From positions 1-64,000 of the IMG/VR virus record IMGVR_UViG_3300044981_000078: a DNA stretch of 64,000 nt. One strand, 5' to 3'. The notes beneath the pieces are model-generated. The model saw only the letters and a program-made list of their open reading frames with translations, ran no database searches and had not been told where the DNA came from. A program made the position numbers and the translations under genes. Every line of letters starts with the position of its first letter. Within the stretch, counting starts at the first letter, position 1. This DNA is from a virus. Below are positions 56,652-64,000 of this stretch, piece after piece.

Positions 56652-57521
56652 ATGGATTTAATTATTACACATCAGAATTGTCCCGATGGTTGGGCAGCGG
56701 CGTATGTCGCAAAATTACGGTATCCAGAAGCCAAAATATTAACTCAAGACCATGGTCTAGAACCCCCATATAATGACGTTACTGGCAAAAATGTTTTGGT
56801 GGTGGATTTCTCGTGGCGAACCCGAGAACAGAATGACAAGCTCGCCTTATTAGCAAAATCATTCAAGATTCTGGATCATCACAAGAGCGCCAAAGAAGTT
56901 CTCGATGGAGCTAGTTATGCCGTATTCGATATGGAAAGGTCCGGCGCGGGACTCGCGTGGGACTATTTATACGGGAAAGATGCGCCGATAGAAAATAACC
57001 CCCGTAACAGACCGCGTCCTTGGTTTATTGATTATGTAGAGGATCGCGATCTGTGGCGTCACGCGTTACCGGAGTCCGAGGCGGTCAATGGCTTCATAAT
57101 GACATTCGCGTACGAGATTCAAGCCTGGGACCAGATGATAAAGACCGACCTCCGAGACGCTATTACAAACGGAAAGGCGGTTCAGCTTGAGATTAATAAG
57201 TATGTTCGTGAGATTATAAAACAGACTCAGGTCGGATCGCTGAATGTCCTTGATAAGAAATATTCTGTCGGACTTGTAAATGCTCCGTATTTGCACATTA
57301 GTGATGTTGGTAACGCTCTTGCTCATCGTTATGATATTGGAATGGGCTGGTTCGAAAGGGTTGACGGCGTCATTCAATTTTCAATGCGGTCTGTTGATGA
57401 CATAGATGTAGCAAATATAGCGAAACAATTTAATGGGGGCGGGCACCAACACGCCGCCGGGTTCCAATTGTCGTTGGCAGACGGACGTAAATTAGTCGAT
57501 CAAATTCTAGGACGATCATGA
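56652..57521 (+). CDS. DHH/DHHA1 phosphoesterase
   Basis: H..CPDG, VDFS, LDHH, GGGH..AAG. Confidence 0.9.
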   Translation: MDLIITHQNCPDGWAAAYVAKLRYPEAKILTQDHGLEPPYNDVTGKNVLVVDFSWRTREQNDKLALLAKSFKILDHHKSAKEVLDGASYAVFDMERSGAGLAWDYLYGKDAPIENNPRNRPRPWFIDYVEDRDLWRHALPESEAVNGFIMTFAYEIQAWDQMIKTDLRDAITNGKAVQLEINKYVREIIKQTQVGSLNVLDKKYSVGLVNAPYLHISDVGNALAHRYDIGMGWFERVDGVIQFSMRSVDDIDVANIAKQFNGGGHQHAAGFQLSLADGRKLVDQILGRS

Positions 57522-57811
57522 GAACACAAACCACCGTGTTACCGAATGAATTTAAGTACGATCACAAGACTAAAACCTTAGTTGTTGAGTACACAGACGG
57601 CTCTCAGATCAAGTATTTTGACATCGAGCCGACATCTATATTCTTGTTGAACGGGAACTATCACCGCTTTGCGGACTTCATTCAATATGTTGAGACATTT
57701 AGTCCTAGGTCAGAGTTAGTTCGTAAGCCGACAAAGCGTACCGGTACAATCATGCAGGAAGAGCCGGACACTAGAGAAACAAATCCGAACTGGAAGCCTA
57801 AAAAGACTTGA
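57518..57811 (+). CDS. KTSC-like small protein
   Basis: YD..TKTLVVEY.DG...KYFDI. Confidence 0.45.
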   Translation: MRTQTTVLPNEFKYDHKTKTLVVEYTDGSQIKYFDIEPTSIFLLNGNYHRFADFIQYVETFSPRSELVRKPTKRTGTIMQEEPDTRETNPNWKPKKT

Positions 57812-57836
57812 CAGTGATCTAGGATTGTGGTATTAA
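57808..57836 (+). promoter_or_regulatory. Sigma70-type promoter for the Y RNA-Ro60 unit
   Basis: TTGACA-17-TATTAA with extended TG. Confidence 0.65.
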
Positions 57837-57846
57837 TAGTTTGAAT

Positions 57847-57977
57847 GCGGGTGCCGTAGATTAGGGTTACTTCTCCTGCTAAGAGTGGAGTCGTGGGTTC
57901 GAGCCCCACTCCTACGCCAACGGCGAGGATAGCTTAGTGGTAAAGCGCCAACGTTCCTTAGTCGCCTGATGCCCCGC
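57847..57977 (+). ncRNA. yrlA: YrlA-type Y RNA with tRNA-like domain
   Basis: 5'/3' closing stem; GUUACUUC; T-arm GUGGG-UUCGAGC-CCCAC followed by D-arm UAGCUUAGUGGUAAAGC; directly upstream of Ro60. Confidence 0.85.
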
Positions 57978-57987
57978 AAATTTTTGA

Positions 57988-58073
57988 TCGCAGATGCCGT
58001 TAGAGACGGGTTACTTCTTACTGAACAAGAGAGGGATAAAATCCCATATCCTATTTCGCTTGATGCTCTGCGA
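57988..58073 (+). ncRNA. Second, short Y RNA
   Basis: Same stem motifs (UGCCGUUAGA..GGGUUACUUCU..UCGCUUGAUG) without the T/D arms. Confidence 0.8.
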
Positions 58074-58091
58074 TAATCTTTTGGAGGAACA

Positions 58092-59495
58092 ATGAAAACA
58101 AATACGAAGACCTTACCGACTCCGAAGTTCACACACGAGGGCGCTCGTGCGTACAATACGACTGCCGAACAGGAACTGCGCCGGTCAGTTATGGCCTGCA
58201 TGCTGTGGGAGGACACCTTCTATGAAGATGGTGTGGATATCGCTGATCGTGTCAGTTCGCTCGTAGCCAAGGTCGCTCCGGAGAAAGTTTCCGAGATCGC
58301 AATCGAGGCCCGGGTCAAGCAGAAGCTGCGTCATGTGCCTCTGTTTCTCGCTGTAGCGATGGCAAAGCTGCCGACTCACAAGCATGTTGTAGCGGATACT
58401 GTCGCTGAGATCATCCAGCGCCCGGACGAGCTTGCAGAGATTCTCGCTATCTATTCTAAGGACCGTACCGGAAGCAAGAAGCTGAACAAGCTGTCAAAGC
58501 AGCTTCAATACGGTATCGCTCGTGCGTTCACAAAGTTCAACGAATACAGCTTGGCAAAGTATAATCAGGACAAGGATGTCAAGCTCCGCGACGTTCTATT
58601 TTTGACTCACCCTACACCGGTAGACGACGCTCAGGCCGATCTGTGGAAGCGACTGATTGATGGAAAGTTGGACACCCCGGACACCTGGGAGGTCGCAATA
58701 TCTGCTGCGAAGGGCAACAAGGACCTGACCCGCGACACCTGGGACCGTCTGTTGAAAGAGGGCAAGCTGGGCGCACTGGCGCTCCTTCGCAATTTGCGAA
58801 ATATGGATGAAGCCGGGGTACACACCGATCTTATCCGTAATTCACTCTTAAACGCCAATACCGAACGCGTACTCCCGTTTCGTTTTGTTGCAGCCGCACA
58901 CGCCGCCCCGAAGTTTGAGGGCGAACTGGACCAATTACTTATCAAAACATCCGAAAAGCTCCCTAAGCTTTCGGGAAAAACTATCCTGATTGTTGACGTT
59001 TCCGGATCGATGTACAGAGCCGGAAATATCAGCAAGCGATCAGATATGACCAGGTTGGAGGCAGCCGGAGCGCTGGCGGCTATCGCTCGCGAGTCTTGTG
59101 AAAGTGTTGCAATCTACGCGACCGCAGGCGACGATTACGCTCGCAAGCATAAGACCGGTCTTGTTCCCGCACGCCGAGGAATGGCGTTAATTGAGAAATT
59201 TACAGCGCGTGGATTCGTTTTAGAGTTAGGCGGAGGGGGAATTTTCTTGAAGCAGGTCCTTGACTATGTCTACGAGAAGGAAAAGACAGCCGACCGAATC
59301 ATTGTATTCACAGACGAACAGGATTGTGACTTGAAGTGCAATCCGGCAACCGCCAACGCTTTCGGAAAGCGTAATTACCTGGTCAACATCTCAAACGAGC
59401 GAAACGGTATCGGCTATAAGCCGAACTGGATTCATATCGATGGGTTCTCGGAGGCTATCCTTCAATACATTGCAGCAACGGAGCAGAATGGTTAA
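58092..59495 (+). CDS. rsr: Ro60/Rsr (TROVE + vWA) RNA-binding protein
   Basis: WEDTFYEDG, QRPDEL, TWEV, ALLRNLRN, DVSGSM, FTDEQ. Confidence 0.92.
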   Translation: MKTNTKTLPTPKFTHEGARAYNTTAEQELRRSVMACMLWEDTFYEDGVDIADRVSSLVAKVAPEKVSEIAIEARVKQKLRHVPLFLAVAMAKLPTHKHVVADTVAEIIQRPDELAEILAIYSKDRTGSKKLNKLSKQLQYGIARAFTKFNEYSLAKYNQDKDVKLRDVLFLTHPTPVDDAQADLWKRLIDGKLDTPDTWEVAISAAKGNKDLTRDTWDRLLKEGKLGALALLRNLRNMDEAGVHTDLIRNSLLNANTERVLPFRFVAAAHAAPKFEGELDQLLIKTSEKLPKLSGKTILIVDVSGSMYRAGNISKRSDMTRLEAAGALAAIARESCESVAIYATAGDDYARKHKTGLVPARRGMALIEKFTARGFVLELGGGGIFLKQVLDYVYEKEKTADRIIVFTDEQDCDLKCNPATANAFGKRNYLVNISNERNGIGYKPNWIHIDGFSEAILQYIAATEQNG

Positions 59496-60063
59496 AGAAA
59501 CTAATACAGATGAACCTAGTTTCATTTATGATTTAGTTCGTGAAGACGGAAGACTGGAGCGAGTGTGTAAACATGGCATCGGTCATACTGTAGGTCATAC
59601 AAATCCTAAAATGTTAAAAGACAGATATATCTGGGTCCACGGCTGTGACGGATGCTGTGCTACTTATGAAGTAATGGAGCCCGAGTGAAGACACAGTATC
59701 TTGTCGGACGATATAAACTAGGATTCAAGTATGTTCGACTAATTGTCGATACAACGACAGCCAATGGTTCGGTCGATCTAGTTCCCGACGATAAAGAAAC
59801 TACCAAGATAGTTATTGGTATAGACTCTCCGTGGAGTGAATCATTATCAGTTTTTCTTCATGAGGTGTACGAAGGAACCCTAATAGACTTGCACACTCGG
59901 TATAAAGCTAGGCCCAGCTACTCTGATGAAAGCTCCGATTTTATTTTCGTAGTCTCCCATAACCAACTATCGGAGGCGCACGAGCGGGTTGGGGTATTCT
60001 TAGCGGAGAGCCTTCCGGATTTTACTAAGGCATATAAAAAGTATTCGTCATTTAAGGAAACCA

Positions 60064-60651
60064 ATGAGTAAGGTTTGGCTGATATCAGACACTCACCTGA
60101 AGCATCAAAAGATAGCGACCTACTGTCGCCGTCCTGAGAACTTCACCGAACTAATAGATCAAAATGTCAAGAGGCTCGTAAAGCCCGAGGACACCCTGGT
60201 CCATCTCGGTGATGTCGGCATAGATAGGGCCGAGGGTCCGGACGGATTCATGAAGTATGTTCGCGAGTGGCCCGGTAAGAAGGTGCTCGTACGTGGCAAT
60301 CACGATCAGCACGGTTGCGCTTGGTATATAGATCATGGATTTGATTTTGCATGTGATGCTATGATATTTCGTTCGGTGTGGTTGACCCATAAGCCTTGGT
60401 TGGGAGAGCTACCCGAAGGTACGCATATTAATGTCCACGGTCACTTACATAATTGTTGGGATGGCTTCTTACCGGACGATCCGGAAAAAGAGCAAGAAGA
60501 GTTTGTTGTCGCTGCTCAGACCGGCAAATTACTTCGACCGTGGCACCGGTTGTTTGCAATAGAATATACCGGTTACGCGCCAGTTTGCTTTGATAAGTTT
60601 GTTGCAAAACCTGATAAGTATCAGGCAAGAGGTCCAAAGAAAAATGGCTAA
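60064..60651 (+). CDS. Calcineurin-like metallophosphoesterase
   Basis: SDTH, HLGD, GNHD, HGHLH. Confidence 0.88.
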   Translation: MSKVWLISDTHLKHQKIATYCRRPENFTELIDQNVKRLVKPEDTLVHLGDVGIDRAEGPDGFMKYVREWPGKKVLVRGNHDQHGCAWYIDHGFDFACDAMIFRSVWLTHKPWLGELPEGTHINVHGHLHNCWDGFLPDDPEKEQEEFVVAAQTGKLLRPWHRLFAIEYTGYAPVCFDKFVAKPDKYQARGPKKNG

Positions 60652-61186
60652 TTTCGAAAGTATCGTGCAGTGGCTGCTTTATATTGAAGACGATAAAAAG
60701 ACCCCAGGAAAAATTGTTGATTTACATGACGGTGTGGGCTTGACTCGTCTCGGATTGACCCAACGATGGCACCAGGCCGACCTCCCGCTGTCCTTCTTTT
60801 CTACGATGCCTTTTGCAGAAGCGGTCACATGTGCGAAGGCTGTCTATAAGAAGCAATATTGGACCAGTCTATGCGGAGACCAGATTGAGCACGATCAGGT
60901 TGCGGCCCCGCTTCTGAGCTTTGCGGTTAATGACACAGTTAGAACTGCTGTTAAGACCCTCCAGAGCGTTCTCGGAATAACAGAAGACGGGAGTTTAGGT
61001 CCTAAGACCCTGGCCGAACTGAACTCGAAGGACCCGGACATTGTTGCCAAGCTGTTTCGAGCAGAGTGGATTGACTTCTATAAACGAGATATCATGCTCA
61101 ATCCGGGCAAAGCAGAATTTCTGAACGGCTGGCTCAACCGCGTTAATTTTTCTTATCCTAATCCGCTAGTGCCGAGTATATACTAA
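60644..61186 (+). CDS. Endolysin, GH108 + PG-binding type
   Basis: T..G.T..., YKKQYW, LQSVLG..DG.LGPKTL, FLNGWLNR. Confidence 0.8.
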   Translation: MANFESIVQWLLYIEDDKKTPGKIVDLHDGVGLTRLGLTQRWHQADLPLSFFSTMPFAEAVTCAKAVYKKQYWTSLCGDQIEHDQVAAPLLSFAVNDTVRTAVKTLQSVLGITEDGSLGPKTLAELNSKDPDIVAKLFRAEWIDFYKRDIMLNPGKAEFLNGWLNRVNFSYPNPLVPSIY

Positions 61187-62598
61187 TGACTGTTGAAGAC
61201 CCGAAATTTGAGTGGAGTTGTCCGAGATTAGGATGTAAGAAACAGATTATCGCGTATACTGAACGCGGCATGAACCTCCTGGCGGAAGAGCACATCTATC
61301 AACATACTAAGGAAGATCACGCAAACAATGTCAAGCCTAAGACTGACTCGATCCAGGTCTATAAGCCGAAGGACTACGACACCTTGCGGTTGACTCGCGC
61401 TGATATAGATTTTTTGAAGACTAGAATGATCGCAATAGACGACAAGATGGTCAGGGAAGATAATGAGTGATCAAGAGCTAGATATTCATTTTGCTATAGG
61501 CTTTGTCCGCGAGTGGCTGCGTACAGCCCCGGAGCAGGTCATTCAACATCTTGATGAGATAATTTCCGGAGTTGACTACTATCGTCAAAAATATAATACA
61601 CTGGACGAAGACTATCAGATACTCAATAAACGATACAACGATTTGACCGCGCTGTCCGCTGGGTATCTGCAGATGATCCAAGAACAGAAGTCTCAGATCG
61701 ATCAGTTGTTAATAGATTCTCAGAGAGACTTACATCATGAAAGAGAATAACATGAAAAAGAAACAAAAATTAGAACTATGTCAAAAACTAGATTGGGAAG
61801 GTGGTTTCGAAGCCTTCATTACTTATTCTGACTTTCCTGAAATAACGGATGAAAAATTTCGAGGGCTAGTAGACGCCTATAAGCTGGCTTATCAAAACCT
61901 CTCAAAATACATTGGCTGGGATACGTTCGAACCAGAATGAAAATTTCGTGGAGCGAACAAGAGAATTGGTTTCAGGTCGAACTAGGAGAGCCCTGGCGCG
62001 ATAACATGGAACTAGTTCGTTTGGTCGGCTTCAAGACCACTGGCCCGCCTGATTGGATTTGGCACACCTCTAAAGCAGCAATCCTGAACAAACTTCGCAG
62101 TAAATCGCAGTCACTGGTTATCACAGAACTCGCCTTCGAAAAGTATAAACTACTCAACGAACAAGAACAATCTAAAATTGAGCTTAAGAAGAGATTCTTA
62201 AAAGCCAAAACATTGGCTGCGCGAGAAATAAACTCTAACAATTGGAAAGAGTATTTTGATGAACAAACTGGGGTCATGTGTAAGATAGTCGAGCCGGTCA
62301 CAGATAAATTTGTATGGAAATATGAGCCGCCACCCCCGCCGGGGTTGCGTTGCTTTATGTGCGGGCAGCCGTTATATTGTTTCGATCTGTCGGATATTTG
62401 TACATGGTGCGGTTAAGGGAGATAAAATGAAACGTTTGTGTGTATTTTATGATTCACCTAGTGGAAAAACAGCGCGGAATTGGCTGGACAAGCCCATTCA
62501 ATGGATCGTCTGTAAGAAGTGTCAAAAACTGTTGGCAAGGGGTGAGACTATCTATTCTTCGCTCTCCAAAGTATTTTCTAACTACGCAGATTAAAATA

Positions 62599-62620
62599 GG
62601 GGAATTATCCACTTGACTCC
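62599..62620 (+). mobile_element. Left terminal repeat of a second IS1595 element
   Basis: GGGGAATTATCCACTTGACTCC resembles the TIRs of the first element; its TTGACT also reads as a -35 box. Confidence 0.65.
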
Positions 62621-62647
62621 CTAACCCAAATTTGGTAGTATTTGGGT

Positions 62648-63574
62648 ATGAGCAAAAGCACAGTGAGCACCTTCCAACTGTTCGAGAAGTGGCCGACTGA
62701 AGAGTCCGCAAGACTCTACATTGAGAAGCGACTATGGTCGAACGGCCCTGTATGCCCACGCTGTAAGGCTACAGAGCGCATTACGGCCCGCAAAGGCGGC
62801 TTCTACCGTTGTAACCCATGTAAATGGGACTTCACGGTTAGAACAGGCACTATCTTCGGTCGTTCGCACGTCCCGCTGCATAAGTGGTTGTACGCAATGT
62901 ACTTGCTTGTGACTTCGCGGAAGGGAATTTCATCTCTGCAAATGTCTAAAGAAATTGGAGTTAAGCAGCATACCGCGTGGTTCATATTACAGCGGTTGCG
63001 AGAAGCCTGCGGCGCGGAAGTCAAGATGCTTCAAGGGATTGTCGAAGTGGACGAAACCTTTATTACAGGCAAAGAACAGAATCGCCATATGTATGACCGT
63101 ATCCATGACCCCCGAGAGCGATCAGAGAAGGCAATCGTAGTCGGGATGCGAGAACGTGGCGGGAATACCGTTGCGACGGTAGTTCAGAGCACGGGCGGTT
63201 TGGCTCTCCGCGCCGAAATACACAAGCATGTGGTATCAGGCACTAGAGTTATGACCGACGATTACGGCAGTTACACGGCGCTCCCGAGAGAAGGGTTCAA
63301 GCACGAGAGCGTAAAGCATGTCACAGGAGAATATGTCCGTGGCGACGTTCACACTAATTCAATTGAATCAGTATGGGCTGTTCTAAAGCGCGGGGTACAC
63401 GGGACGTTTCACCATGTCAGCAAGAAACACCTGAATCGATATGTTTCCGAGTTTACTTTTCGTCTAAATGACGGTAAGGTTCAGCGCCACACTCTTGATA
63501 GACTCGACAGTCTGATATCCAATGTGGTAGGGAAACGAGTTACATACGAAGAAATAATCTCAGAAAAGTCTTGA
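62648..63574 (+). CDS. IS1595-family transposase, second diverged copy
   Basis: VEVDETF, TDD, HTNSIESVW, YVSEFTFR; visibly homologous to 29956-30873. Confidence 0.92.
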   Translation: MSKSTVSTFQLFEKWPTEESARLYIEKRLWSNGPVCPRCKATERITARKGGFYRCNPCKWDFTVRTGTIFGRSHVPLHKWLYAMYLLVTSRKGISSLQMSKEIGVKQHTAWFILQRLREACGAEVKMLQGIVEVDETFITGKEQNRHMYDRIHDPRERSEKAIVVGMRERGGNTVATVVQSTGGLALRAEIHKHVVSGTRVMTDDYGSYTALPREGFKHESVKHVTGEYVRGDVHTNSIESVWAVLKRGVHGTFHHVSKKHLNRYVSEFTFRLNDGKVQRHTLDRLDSLISNVVGKRVTYEEIISEKS

Positions 63575-63600
63575 CAAACTCTTCTGTTTTTTGTTAGACT
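63571..63600 (+). promoter_or_regulatory. Sigma70-type promoter
   Basis: TTGACA-18-TAGACT. Confidence 0.5.
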
Positions 63601-63692
63601 GTTCTGGTAGCAAGTTGAATGGTGGATTCGTCGCCCACTGCAAATCGACGATAAGGCAGACGTAAAAGAAAGCAAACCCGTCGGCTACATAT

Positions 63693-63768
63693 GCGGAGGT
63701 AGTTTAATGGTAGAACGATCTGTTAACCAACAGGTAGGTGGCGGTTCAAATCCGACCTCTCCGCTCCA
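63693..63768 (+). tRNA. tRNA-Gly-like gene with 8-nt anticodon loop
   Basis: GCGGAGG acceptor, U73-CCA, canonical D-arm, AUCUG-UUAACCAA-CAGGU, bulged T stem. Confidence 0.6.
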
Positions 63769-64000
63769 AGAATCTCACGACGAGTGCAAATATCTCGGAA
63801 ACGATTTATGGGATTGCGGCCACATTGACAATTCTATTGATGGCTGTGACTGTCATGTTTGCGCGGCGGAGTTGATAAATGCCCGACCAATCGCTTAGTA
63901 AAACTCCCTTCTGCCGTCTCCTGTCCGCCGAAGAATCAAACAAAATGCTTAATGCGTGGCACTATCTAGGCGAAGTCAGGGGAATATTGTTTTCTGTCGG

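Noticed and set aside
1-64000. Stop-codon recoding or suppressor tRNAs
   Set aside because: Long genes are intact in the standard code, and no CUA/UUA/UCA anticodon was found.

Overview
This is a 64-kb segment of a tailed dsDNA phage genome. The minus-strand arm (1 to ~26.3 kb) carries terminase, portal, scaffold and a major capsid gene split by a group I intron, probable virion proteins, and an 8-kb array of 35 tRNAs covering all 20 amino acids. The array also holds an RNase P RNA, an orphan Y RNA, a Clp D2-type ATPase and several unidentified structured spacers. A largely non-coding strand-switch region (~26.3-27.8 kb) is followed by a plus-strand early/replication arm: Prim-Pol, DNA polymerase A, ThyX, class II RNR, UvrD, GroES, Ro60 with two Y RNAs, GH108 endolysin and two IS1595 elements. 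Three patterns stand out. (1) Six free-standing endonuclease genes from three families are each preceded by the same two-hairpin kissing-loop RNA, whose loops differ in every copy yet stay perfectly complementary and bury the Shine-Dalgarno sequence. (2) Eleven tRNAs carry compensatory swaps of the normally invariant G19-C56 elbow pair. (3) The phage carries its own tRNA-processing and surveillance RNAs (RNase P RNA and three Y RNAs). All calls were made by eye from motifs, and no database searches were run.
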